A stretch of DNA of 63,266 nucleotides, the filler included, from Octopus bimaculoides (Eukaryota): the NCBI RefSeq assembly GCF_001194135.2. It is 7 parts of 7 records of this genome, joined end to end, with 100 filler letters (N's around TTAATTAATTAA, not from the genome) between each part and the next. Parts side by side here need not be neighbours in the genome. Positions count along the whole stretch, not along the records: positions 50,215 to 60,703 come from NW_026398196.1; positions 60,804 to 63,266 come from NC_068985.1; 5 more parts are not named here. One strand, given 5' to 3'. Under the pieces are notes generated by a model. It was not told the origin of the DNA. It saw only the letters and a program-made list of their open reading frames with translations, and made no database searches. Positions 50,650 through 62,632 of the stretch are shown here, piece by piece; the stretch's first letter is position 1, and the number at the start of each line of letters is the position of its first letter. Position numbers and translations under genes: made by a program.

Positions 50650-51840
50650 TATAGAAACTGTCTAATTGTTTATTATTAAATGAAGAGATAATTCTAAAAA
50701 AATTTTTAGATACTGTAAAACCTATTCTGATCCTTTTATTATGAATTATTTTATTATATCTATTTTCCTTATCGAAATACTTATAGATCAGTAAAAAAGC
50801 TTAACTAAATTCGTTTTTATTTTTCTTGCATAAGGAATAATAAACCAAATATAATTATCATTTATAGAATTAACAGCATTATGTGTATCTGAACTGACAT
50901 ATGGGGTATACTTTTTAGTCTTAAATTCTTATTAATCTTATTACTATTATTGGCCATATTATTTTTATTATGAATAACATCATTATTTTCATAATATATG
51001 TTTAGCGTATCAACATTATTGGTATTCATTTGAGTGCTTGCATTTACACTATATTTCATTCTTCGCGTACATAGGTTATCCTTAAATTCAGTAATGGCTA
51101 ATTTATTAGTTACCTCATCGGCCTTATTAGCATTTTTATACTTTTATATGAGATTTACTACTTTTAATCCTCTTACACACATTTCCACTATTAGATCTAC
51201 ACATTCCATTGTCAACCGATTTACCATTATTATATTTTTTATAGTCTTCATTTTTATCACAATATACAATCCTATGCATGTATCCTGCTTTTTTAAGGGC
51301 AACATTATAATATTCCATGCTATTATTAAAAATTTCCTTATTAGAAGATAAAATATGAAACGCCTCAAAATATTGTAAATATATTTCAAATTATTGTTAG
51401 GTTTATGGTATGGCCTATATTGTCCAGTAACAAGGTTCAGATTAACATATAAGTAATTAACAGAATCATGTCCATTTTCAATAGAAATAGATAAACCAAA
51501 TCTTTTTAAAAAACTATCGAATATTTTCATATACAAATCCAATTTCCTATTTGAAAGACTATAGAGTCCACCTGTAGTATCTGGAAATTCATTATTAAAA
51601 TGAAATAAGATGTCTATACCTACTAGATCAGTAAACTGGGCAGAACCAGCCAATCCCATGATAATATTTTAAAAAATCATTTGTATTTTCTCTAGCCAGT
51701 ACTTATTGGCAAATAAAATAATAGATTTTTGAGCTTCCAAAATTACGTTAATTTCTTTAAAACTAAGGTTAGAGTTTTTTCTAGCAAATAAACAGGTGTT
51801 ATCAATAACACCTGTTTATTTGCTAGAAAAAACTCTAAAA
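50650..51840 (-). mobile_element. Penelope-like (Naiad-type) retroelement copy 1: RT C-terminal half, thumb and linker
   Basis: ILEAQKSIILF, MGLAGSAQFTDLVG, VNYLYVNLNLVTGQYRPYHKPN, YYNVALKKAGY, IWFIIPYARKIKTNL. Confidence 0.88.
51769..51838. repeat. Perfect 70-bp palindrome (34-bp arms, 2-nt spacer)
   Basis: ttagagttttttctagcaaataaacaggtgttat-ca-ataacacctgtttatttgctagaaaaaactctaa. Confidence 0.95.
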
Positions 51841-51923
51841 AATATTTGTCTTGAGTGTAAAATATTCATAGTTAAATTTAAATTATAAGTTTTAAGTATG
51901 CTTTCTTCATTATATTAAATGAT

Positions 51924-51985
<62 letters not shown>

Positions 51986-52139
51986 TGAATTATTTAATTA
52001 ATGATAATAATAATAAATGAATAATTTTGTATAATGCCATATCATGATCAAAAACTTTTCTATTGTAAGTACATATTTCCAGCTATTTTTCTGTAGGTAA
52101 TTGATTTGTAAATATATAAACTTTGATTTACAGTGATAT

Positions 52140-52815
52140 TTTTTCCTCTGATAAACTAATTTAGTATTTTGTACTATGGATATTGTTTATATAAATACGA
52201 ATAAATAAATTAGAATAATTATGATATATAATTATATCTTTTTAAATAACTATACATATATGTATATTTATTGTGGTACCTATTTAGTTTAATATATTTC
52301 ATCAGATGATGTTCTTTTGAACTTGTATACATATGATTTATACAAAAATATAACTATTGCCTAACTCTAATTTAGTTCCTTCTGAAAAACTAAGTAAAAT
52401 TATATATATATTTTTTATTTATAGTTAATTTTCTCTTTATCTAAGAAATAATATAATTTGTAATTATTGTAGCTTTATGCTTTTGTTTATTTGATTTATG
52501 GAGATATTTCCCCTAATAAACTAAGTAAGTTTGTATTTTTTACTTGTTAGTTACTTAGAATAATGTTTATAATGGCAAGAATAAATAAATGAGAGTAATT
52601 ATTATATATTATCATTATATGTAATTATATATCTTTTTGAATAATTAGCCATATATGAATATTTGTTCTAGTACCTATGATATTTAGTAGATATAGTAAA
52701 ATTATGTTCTTTTGAACTTGTATATATGCATATAAATTTATAGAATAAAAATATTGGATTAACTTAATTTATTTCCTTCTGTAAAACATAGTAAAACTAT
52801 GATACTTTATTTATT
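52140..52815. repeat. Diverged tandem duplication, period about 380-395 bp
   Basis: atgttcttttgaacttgtata at 52309 and 52704, with colinear flanks. Confidence 0.75.
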
Positions 52816-53984
52816 TATATATTATTATCATTATTATGTAAAAAAAATTGGTACGGTTTTTTATAATAATCATAACTCTATACATTTGTTTAACATCAGT
52901 GTATTTGGTAGTAATATATTGAGTGAATGAATTGTTGATTAAGAAATTTTTTATTGAATTTAGTGTCTGAATTAAGTTTTTCCTTATTTACTTATCTTTT
53001 TCTACTCCACTATAAATTTTTGATATATTGTATACTATATAGGTGTGGATATTATATTATAAAATGGCCAGTGATTATTTTTGATTAATATCATTGAAGA
53101 TGTATAAGAATATTTTATGGTAAATTTTCTTTACTTATTTTATCCATTTGAATTTTGTTGTTCGTTTTATTGCATTTATTATGTATCTGAATAATTAAAA
53201 CTCATGCTTCTAAACATAGGTATTTTGTGAATCAGTATTTTTGTAATTTGGGAATCCTTACATGGAATTTTGTCTGTTTTTTGAACAAAGGCCCTGAAGA
53301 GGCTTGTATACATAGATGTGAATTTTATTTTATAAATTCACTAGTGTATATGAGTCAAAACAAATTGTTGGCTTTGTATTTGTTTTATAAAAATTTGTTA
53401 CATTATATTATATCTTTTTATAGAATATTATAATGTAAATAACATTTTTAGTTTGTCAATTGCATTTCTCTATTTCATTTAATATTTGTTTATTGTAATT
53501 ACACCTTTTTATTTTGTGGTATTCAACTGTTGTACCAGTGAGAATTGGATGTTTTACATCCCATTGAAGGAATTTTTTTTCTTTCGTTTGATTTATATAT
53601 AAATATATATATGTATAAATCGCTCCATCTGCCTCCACTGTGATTGCTTCTCTCTCTTCCAGCAGCCTATCCAACAGCATGTTATCTCTCTTTCATCCTC
53701 CTGTTTACTGTATCCTTTTTATTCTGCTAATTTGCACTATCAGACTTCCCCTACTAACTCCTAGCACCTCTGTCATACTATTCTTGCCCACTTTGTACCT
53801 TGAGGATCCACCCTGACTCTTCACCGCCATTATTTTTTCTGCTTTCCAGTGCGAGGAGTTATATAGCTCTCCTACAGCAAGAAAACTATTCTACTCTGTC
53901 TCCTTTTCCTCTCAAACTTTAATCCTTTTTACTTCTCATTCTTTCAGGCCACCATAGCTCAGTCATGCAAGCAGTATAGTGACC

Positions 53985-54175
53985 TCAATAGGTGCAAAAA
54001 AAGAGCACCCAGTATACACTATAAAGTGGTTGGCATTACGAAGGATAACCAGCTGTAGAAACCAGACCAAACCAGACACTGGAACCCAACACTGTTCTTG
54101 GGCCCATCAGATCTTATCAAACTATCCAACCCATGCTAGCATGGAACATGGATGTTAATTGATGGTGATGATGAA
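53985..54175 (+). mobile_element. Diverged RTE-tail-related fragment
   Basis: gtggttggcattacgaagg...ccagctgtagaa...ccaacccatgctagcatggaa..gatg. Confidence 0.65.
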
Positions 54176-54534
54176 CGGCGCTTTTTTTTCAATTTCCAGC
54201 TACCAAATCACATCACAAAATAAGGAAAAAGATTTCATCAACAGGTACAAGAACATATTTAAATCCCGCCCACCCACTAGATTAATACTTTATTTTATTA
54301 ACTCTGGAACGATGAAAGGAAAAGATGATCTCAATGGAATTTGAAGCATTAGCAACATAATATATTCTACAAGTTTCTCTCCATTGAATATATAAAACAG
54401 CCTACATTTACAAAGAGCTGAATTGTCCACTGAACACAAATGGGCAACATAGGCTTGAAATCTCTTTCTCCCTGATAAGTCTGTTTAGTATGACATAAAA
54501 CATACTCATCTGCACTAACAGATGTCTTACTCAC

Positions 54535-54583
54535 AAGGATCATTTCAACTCAGTACTGCAAACTACTAGATCATTCATCAGAG
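54535..54583 (-). CDS. Candidate start exon (49 nt): 5' UTR plus ATG ATC CTT (MIL) at 54543-54535, phase 0
   Basis: Strong gtgttttcag acceptor and |gtgagt donor. All frames are closed as a through-exon. The terminal ATG (G at -3) spliced to 43729 gives MILLWLSCIQFTKRSEA, which is signal-peptide-like. Confidence 0.4.
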
Positions 54584-54699
54584 CTGAAAACACCAAGTAT
54601 CATACTAGTGAAGTATTCAAAATGCTACTCTAAATTATAACAAATTAATCAAATCAAATGAAGATAACAAGAGTTTGAAGTTTAATTTACTAGACATAC

Positions 54700-54773
54700 C
54701 TGTACAGTGTTAGCAGTAGACCAATACTGATCAGATGAGAGACATCGCAGAAATAGCCGGAGGGAAGTGGGAG
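54700..54773 (-). other. Candidate upstream (probably 5' UTR) exon; may extend to an alternative acceptor at 54900
   Basis: Acceptor caatttcctgtag, donor cag|gtatgt; 116-nt intron to the 54583 exon; no frame continues through both exons. Confidence 0.3.
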
Positions 54774-55952
54774 CTACAGGAAATTGAAGCAGTCTTGCTA
54801 CCCACATGATCGATGGAGTTGCCAAAAACAGTCAAATAACTAGCAAGGTTATGCTTGTGCGTGCAGTTGATCACTGGTATCGAGAGCAGAGTTACAGATT
54901 CTGTAGACCACAAATAAATGGAATTTCAATAGATGCTAGCAGTGACAAGTGTCTCAGCATCACTTTCAGACTATTCTACAATATTTAGGCCACCTTTTTC
55001 AAACACTTTACTACTGATATTTACAAAATCAATAGGCCAAGATGCAAGCTAAGTTTGAATTCATAAAGAAAATTGTGGTCTCATCCAAGGCTGGAATAAA
55101 ATTAATTTTCAGAAAAAAAAATAACATTAATAAAAATTATCATATGATTGATTTCTTTTGAATAGAGAGAAGGCCACTTATTACAGAGGTGGAGTATTGT
55201 CAGTTGAATTAACTACAATATATTACTGGTACTTAGTATATCAGCCCCTTATGTCAAGTTGACCATATTAGGACTTCAATCTGAAACCAAAACAGGTAGC
55301 ATTTAGTACAGAGCTCAAACTTGCCCATTTCTGACTTCCTGGGGAAATTGTTGGAGTATCAGACAAAATGCTATGAGGCATTTCTTCCAATTGGGTTGTA
55401 ATTTAATTGTTTAATTTTATTATAAAAGATGAGCTAGTCTATGTGTATTTGTTTAAGATATATTAATAGATATATTAATGTCATTGCCTAAGCCATGTTT
55501 GTGTATATTTTACTATTATTATCATCATTATGAGTGTGGGAAAATATAGCATTTGTATACCATAATGGCAGGGTATTGGTTTCTATATCTGTTTGTACTC
55601 TTGTTCCAACCATTTCAAATATAAATAAATTAATTAAATTAATTATAGGTATGCACACATATATATATATATAAGAAAAGGTATGATTCCAAAGTATATC
55701 TACTGATCTCCAAGTGTTCTAATTCTAATCAGATATATATTAACACCATAATTAATGTGTGTACAACATTTTATATGCACAACCATACTTGTCTTTACCT
55801 ATACACTAAAACTCCTCGCATATGCATACACACACATAAGTACATGTATATATCCACTTACATGACAACATAAGTATATCCATAGATCCACAAATACTCC
55901 TATTAGAGTACTAATCTGATATGTATTTCTTTACCTATATTAATGCGTTTAT

Positions 55953-56001
<49 letters not shown>

Positions 56002-56559
56002 GCCAACCCACCCAAATCCTCATCCTGAACTTCATACATCTATATATGTGTATATTTATTTTCAAAATATGTGTGAAGATATCTACAATGAATCTATTGA
56101 CTCCTACCTATTTTGTCATATATACCCGTACAAGTATGAGCACATATTTATATGCACATATGTATGTCCTAACTTATGACTATACCAACATACTCGGATT
56201 ACTATATACATATACATATGTATATGTATATTCGGTTATATATATATATATATATATACACACATCCATACACACACAAATACATGCATACACATACACA
56301 CACCCATATATATATATATAGATATACATACATGCACACATACACATACATGTGTGTGCATATACATATACACATACAGATATGCATACAAAAATAATGG
56401 CAATATATATACTCACACATACATGTATATATGCACACAATCATAACTAACTCACTATATATACTTTCATTTAATTGCCTGTACATATAAAGTATATGAT
56501 ATAATAGAGCAACAAGAACAACACGAATAAATATTATGTCAGTAGGGGTTTCAATATTA

Positions 56560-57108
56560 GGTGCTAGTGGTATTTGGAGAAGGTATGCCTAGTTTTATGA
56601 AGACAGGATTTGCTTCATTCATTAAGACTATTTATAAGCAGAAGTTTGGCTTTAATTATAAAGAAAATTTCATTAATACATAGCATACATTTTCTATTTC
56701 TAGTGTTATATGCTGGTGCTGTTGTTAAGATTTTCCAATGTAAATTATAGTTAATTCCCCCATCCTTTAGTTCCCATACATAGTCACTTAATCCTGTAGT
56801 ATTCCTCCTATTTCTATTTCTAAAAGTATACCTGTGGTGATTCAGCCTCGATTTCATATTGTTTTTGGTCAGTCCCACATATACCTTACTATCAGATTGT
56901 GTACTTACTATACATTGATACACTACTTCCTTTCTAATGCAGTTATTATTGAGTACACAATTAGTGCTGATTCTACAATTACATGTTTTATGTAGCTGTG
57001 TGGGGTTTATATTATTGGGGGTGATAGTCATTACATTATTGGTACTGTGGATATTGTTGATACGAATAATGTTAATATTGTTGTTACTATTGTGATTACT
57101 AGTAATAG
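56560..57108 (-). mobile_element. Penelope-like copy 2: GIY-YIG endonuclease segment
   Basis: CNCRISTNC...VVYQC...VYVGLT...RLNHH...LSDYVWELK...WKIL...CMLCINE. Confidence 0.93.
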
Positions 57109-57606
57109 TATTATTATTATTGAGTGAGAGAGCAGGGCATGCCATCAAAGTGACACTGGGGTAAAATATACGAAGCACGTTATACCCATCATGACTACTC
57201 GTCTGATAAGGGTACACCAGGCACATGCATCACAACCATATGTGCACAACATGGTGATCTCATATCAAGATAAACAGCACATGGGTCCCAGTTAGAATTT
57301 TCTTCAAGGTCTCTGAATAAGGTTTGTTTAAGGATGTTGAGCAAAACACCCATGAATCCCTCTCAACACATGGCTATGATGCTCCCCCACTACTTCTGCT
57401 CATGATCAGAGATGCACATATCGTCAACCACCAAGGGACATGCTCAACTGATTAAGGTCAAACAACTGACAAGCAAATCTGTGGTATTAAGCAGAATATT
57501 TGCTGTAGCCCATCTTTTTATACCAAGACAAAACAATGTACATGATAACACTTCCAATCAATTAAGATCAGAAGCCATGAGAGCCACTGCCTGGTATGCA
57601 TCCGGG
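57109..57606 (-). mobile_element. Unclassified (AAT)n-tailed retroposon inserted in Penelope copy 2
   Basis: Ends ctctctcactc(aat)n; an inverted 54-bp piece of it recurs at 41802-41855. Confidence 0.6.
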
Positions 57607-57705
57607 TATGTATTATTATTACTATTATTATTATTATTATTATTGGTTAGAATAATATTATTATTATTATTATTTTCATTTCTATTGTTGCTGTTATTAT
57701 TATTA

Positions 57706-57742
<37 letters not shown>

Positions 57743-57829
57743 CACCAACAACACAATTTCTATTATTATTATGGTTATTATTATCATTACTTGTGCATGT
57801 ATCATTTCTGTCATTTTTACTACTTTGAT

Positions 57830-58177
57830 AGGTGTCCAGTTTTCTATTGTTAATTGAGATGATGGTAGCCAGGTTATGTTAGACTATATCCTATTCTTAT
57901 TGTTTTGTTATTGATCATCTCCCAATATTTGATTTTTTTTCTTTTGTAAAGTGTTTGTTAATTAATCTAAATACTGTTTTGACTATGTTTTTTCTTAATT
58001 TGCATAGCAAAAGGGATGATAAACCACAGAGTATCGATTTCATTATTTCCCTTATTGGGGTTTTACATTATGGGTATCGTTTATGTTATTATTCCTATTT
58101 TTGCTTTTATAATTATTATTATCAACAATTTTATTATAATTATCATTATTATTTTTATTATTATTCTTGTTGTAGTG
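57830..58177 (-). mobile_element. Penelope-like copy 2: RT-to-endonuclease linker segment
   Basis: LWFIIPFA...LINKHF...NNKTIRIGYS; homologous to copy 1 at about 50700-50850. Confidence 0.7.
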
Positions 58178-60092
58178 AAAGTTAGGAGAGGGTCATAGCC
58201 CAACTAATTAGGGAGAGAGTCAGTTTAGATGAGATGCAGTTTGAGTTTGTGCCAGGGAAAAGCACCACTGATAACACAGCTGCAGGAGAAATACCTAACC
58301 AAAGATAAACCTCTGTACCTGGCATTCGTTGACATGGAGAAAGCCTTTGACAGGGTCCCCGATCCCTTATCTGGTGGTGAATGAGGAAACTAGGGATAGA
58401 TGAATGGTTAGTGAGAGCTGTGCAAGCCATGTAAGTAAGGTGAGGGTTGGCGACAAGTACAGTGAAGAATTCCGGGTAGAGGTAGGGGTCCACCAAGGTT
58501 CAGTCCTCAGCCCCCTCCTATTTATCATAGACCTCCAGGCAATAACATAGGAATTCAAGACAGGATGCCCCTGGGAGCTCCTCTATGCTGATNNNNNNNN
58601 NNNNNNNNNNNNNNNNTGAGTCACTATCAGAACTAGAGGAGAAGTTTCAGGTGTGGAAGCAAGGACTAGAATCGAAGGGCCTTAGAGTCAACCTAGCTAA
58701 AACCAAAGTCCTAATAAGTAGGAAGGTAGACAAACAACAAACCCCTTCAGGTAGATGGCCCTGCTCGAACTGTAGAAAAGGCGTAGGTAGAAACTCTATA
58801 AGATGTACCCAGTGTAAGCTATGGACACATAAGAAGCAATATCAAAGGAAGGCTAACTAGCAAGATAGTTTTTGTATGTGGCAGATGTTCAGGAGCAATA
58901 AACACTGAAAATGTGCAGAGAACAACTTTTGCCACGTTCCAGGGAGGAAAACTAGAAGTAGTTGATAGCTTCCGTTACCTAAGTGACCAAGATAGTAGAG
59001 GGGGAGGGTGTGCTGAAAGTGTAGCTGCTAGAGTAACAATAGCCTGGGCAAAGTTCAGAGAGCTCTTACCTCTGCTGGTGACAAAGGGCCTCTCGCTCAG
59101 AGTAAAAGGCAGACTGTATGACGCATGTGTACGAACAGCCATGCTACATAGCAGTGAAACATGGGCCATGACTGCTGAGGACATGCGTAAGCTCGCAAGG
59201 AATGAAGCCAGTATGCTCAGATGAATGTGTAATGTCAGTGTGCATACTCGACAGAGTGTAAGTATCTTGAGAGAAAAGTTGGGCTTAAGAAGCATCAGTT
59301 GTGGTGTGCAAGAGAGGCGATTGTGCTGGTATGGTCATGTGGCGAGAATGGATGAAGATAGTTGTGTGAAAAAGTGCCACAGCCTAGCGGTTGAGGGTAC
59401 CTGTGGAAGAGGTAGACCCAGGAAGACCTGGGATGAGGTGGTGAAGCACGACCTTCGAACATTAGGCCTCACCAAAGCAATGACTTCTGACCGAGACCTT
59501 TGGAAATATGCTGTGCATGAGAAGACTCGGCAAGCCAAGTGAGACCATAATCCGTGGCCTTTGCCAGAAGTGTAGCCAGCCCACTTATGTGTACCTTTCC
59601 TTTATTGGACACTAAACTCTGCTTGTGAAGACCTGTTGGGGCAAGTGAAATCAAAATTGTAATTGAACCAAATTNNNNNNNNNNNNNNNNNNNNNNNNNN
59701 NNNNNNNNNNNNNNNNNNNNNNNNNNNNNNNNNNNNNNNNNNNNNNNNNNNNNNNNNNNNNNNNNNNNNNNNNNNNNNNNNNNNNNNNNNNNNNNNNNNN
59801 NNNNNNNNNNNNNNNNNNNNNNNNNNNNNNNNNNNNNNNNNNNNNNNNNNNNNNNNNNNNNNNNNNNNNNNNNNNNNNNNNNNNNNNNNNNNNNNNNNNN
59901 NNNNNNNNNNNNNNNNNNNNNNNNNNNNNNNNNNNNNNNNNNNNNNNNNNNNNNNNNNNNNNNNNNNNNNNNNNNNNNNNNNNNNNNNNNNNNNNNNNNN
60001 NNNNNNNNNNNNNNNNNNNNNNNNNNNNNNNNNNNNNNNNNNNNNNNNCCAACCCATGCTAGCATGGAAAGCAGACATTAAACGATGATGAT
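58178..60092 (+). mobile_element. 5'-truncated RTE-clade LINE: RT, PHD-like finger, C-terminus, 3' UTR and (GAT)n tail
   Basis: MQF(E)FVPGKSTTD, FVDMEKAFDRVP, GVHQGSVLSPLLF, LLYAD, GLRVNLAKTK, GRGRPRKTW; tail cccatgctagcatggaaagc..gatgatg. Confidence 0.95.
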
Positions 60093-60094
60093 GG

Positions 60095-60350
60095 CTATGG
60101 CCATTATTATTTATGTGTCGCTTTATTGCATTTCTAATATTTCTATTGTTGTATTTATATTTATCTTTGGTAGTGTTACAGTCATCCAAATTTTGGAGGC
60201 TGGAGGTGGTTGCTCTACCCTGGCTACTATAGTTAATATTCCTAGGGAGATATTTAATTTTACCTTTATATCCTGCATTTTTTAGTGCTATGTTGTATTT
60301 TTCTTTGTGTTGATTAAAGATTTCTTCATTAGAGGATAGATTTGAAAAGA
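60095..60350 (-). mobile_element. Penelope-like copy 2: RT thumb segment
   Basis: SNLSSNEEIFNQHKEKYNIALKNAGYKGKIKY; compare YYNVALKKAGY in copy 1. Confidence 0.75.
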
Positions 60351-61061
60351 TGGAAATAACATGTGGGGTACTGTGACCTCATGGCTGAAACAGCTATAGG
60401 AAACTACTCTTTTTTTTCATTTTTCTAGAGATTACTAGTACTTTATACATGTATATATACTATCAGAACTGTTTTAAATAAATAAATAGACATAATATAA
60501 TGTCTAACAGCAGATGAATACTACCTCTAGATTCCCTACATTTTCTTCTTGCCATATAAACTAAGAGTAAAACCACTTATTACCCTCGCCCACTTATTAT
60601 ATTCACAGTAGTGTAATTGCCATGCAATAACCAACACTTGTGTATAATTCGGTATTCTACCAACAGTATATTGGATAGATACTATCCCTTAGTTGGTTGG
60701 ATTNNNNNNNNNNNNNNNNNNNNNNNNNNNNNNNNNNNNNNNNNNNNTTAATTAATTAANNNNNNNNNNNNNNNNNNNNNNNNNNNNNNNNNNNNNNNNN
60801 NNNTGTTTGCATATATATAAAATGGAAAGTAACAAGCTGAGGTTTAAGATTAAGATGAGTGTTTCTCCTCGGAATGGAGAAAGTAAACTCCGGCACCCCA
60901 ACTCTTAGCGGATCTGTGAGAATTGGAAATGGGGTGGGGGAAGCTCAGGAAATTGCTTTGTTTAATAACATTAAAATGGCCTTAATTCATTTAGACTTGT
61001 CCAACAACATGGTGAAGGAAGTTGAATTACGTGGACGCAAAAGCTGTGTCGTCTTCTTATT

Positions 61062-61317
61062 CAGTGGTTCTCAACCATTTTTTGCCTCTGGACCTCTTCG
61101 ATTCCTATTTTACTCTATTGGACCCTCATACCCATTCAATGTTTTAAAATATGTAATTATACTTTCATGATTAAATTTTATTTGGAATTGTATAATAAAG
61201 ATTATAAAAATATTTTGCGTATTGAAGAAATATAGCCAGTTCATTGCACATGCATTTTAACAGCAAAATCTTATATAGATCCCTTAGGGCCATATGGACC
61301 CCGGTTGAGAACCACTG
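61062..61317. mobile_element. hAT-superfamily MITE (256 bp)
   Basis: Perfect 15-bp TIR cagtggttctcaacc; degenerate 8-bp TSD ttcttatt/tccttaat (6 of 8). Confidence 0.88.
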
Positions 61318-61747
61318 TCCTTAATGAAAAAGAATGTCGTTGATATTTTTCTAGTGAGAATGGTTGTGATATTCGTCAATTTGAGAACCATTGTTTTAAG
61401 ATGACGATCAATAAAATAAGCATTCTAATTCTTATTCTCACTTATAATTACTCCACATACTTAGCTTTGGAAAAATCTGTGTATGTCCCATATTCTTCGG
61501 CTGGTTTGTATTTTTGGTAAAACCCAAAACCACAAATTTAAATGGATAGTGAGATGGAAAATTATCACGAGTAATGTAAACTGTACAACTCGTGACTGTT
61601 CTTTTTTTTTTCTGTTGCTCTTACTTTTCTTTTGTTTCACGGGAAATATATTCTCCACCCCGATCCCGCTAAAAATTCGCAACGTCATTTGTAGTTAACA
61701 AAAGAATGAAACAATGAAGAAAGATGAAGTTGAAAGATAATGAACAT

Positions 61748-61799
61748 CCTGGTCTGATTCTACAAGTGTCCTGGTCTGATTCTACAAGTGTCCTGGTCT
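61748..61799. repeat. 22-bp tandem repeat x about 2.3
   Basis: tcctggtctgattctacaagtg repeated. Confidence 0.9.
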
Positions 61800-62069
61800 C
61801 CTTCTTAAATTGCTTCATCATTTTTCATTTTCTTATCTTTAAGATGGATTTCTCTTACAACTTATTGTGTATTTCCTGTAATTTTGCTTAACGGATGCCA
61901 TTATAACACAGTAAATGCTCTTTCAATTTTAATGTAATATCAGAAGATCCTTCATTTTATAACAGCGGATGCTTTGTGAAGTGGAGATAACATCGCTATT
62001 AGTAAACGAATGTTCCAAGGAGACATCTCTCTCGCTCTACTCCTTGCCTACTTCATGTTAATATCTCTA

Positions 62070-62260
62070 ACCGATTTGCAAAATACTTTGCGGCATTTCG
62101 TCTGTCTTTACGTTCTGGGTTTAAATGCCGTTAAGGTCGACTTTGCTTTTCATTCTTTCGGGGTTGATAAAATTAGTAGCACTTGAGCCCTGGCGTCGAT
62201 GTAATCGACTTGCTCCTTTGCCGAAATTGCTGACCTTGTAACAAAATTTGAAATCAATAT
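62070..62260 (+). mobile_element. SINE family C copy
   Basis: Homologous to 30061-30277. Confidence 0.8.
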
Positions 62261-62289
62261 CTCTAACCGGTATGCAAGACTAAACTGGA

Positions 62290-62430
62290 CAGGAAGGCTT
62301 CAAATGCTATGCATAGACAATTAACCACTTTTTGTATATGGATGACTTCAAATTATACGCTGCAAGTGGTAAATCACTTGAACTACTGCTGTAGGTAGTA
62401 CACATATTCAACAAAAGAATTTATATGTAA
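62290..62430 (+). mobile_element. Non-LTR RT fragment (RLE-type, NeSL/R4-like)
   Basis: INHFLYMDDFKLYAASGKSLELLL*VVHIF resembles INHLLYMDDLKLYA. Confidence 0.7.
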
Positions 62431-62446
62431 TATACTTTTGAGAATT

Positions 62447-62583
62447 GCGCAGGCATGGGTGAGTAGTAAAACGTTTGCTTCCTGACCACATGGTTCCGGG
62501 TCCAGTTCCATTGCATGACACCTTGGGTGTCTTCTACTATAGCCTCGGACCGACCAAACGTAACGGAAACTGAAAGACGGTTA

Positions 62584-62632
<49 letters not shown>

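Noticed and set aside
54700-54805. MWVARLLQFPVAPTSLRLFLRCLSS... as a mitochondrial-presequence first exon
   Set aside because: It runs into a stop if the strongly bounded 54583 exon is included. It cannot be excluded if that exon is skipped, but there is no further support.
56600-56620. TGA after SLNE in the Penelope GIY-YIG as selenocysteine, as reported for some Naiads
   Set aside because: It aligns to the Arg of LNKRSE, so it is most simply CGA-to-TGA decay, and it is not at a Cys position.
60982-61026. Plus-strand LRR-like words LIHLDLSNNMVKEVE
   Set aside because: Opposite strand to the real LRR exons, no 72-nt AG/GT-bounded exon, and the second half of the repeat does not fit.
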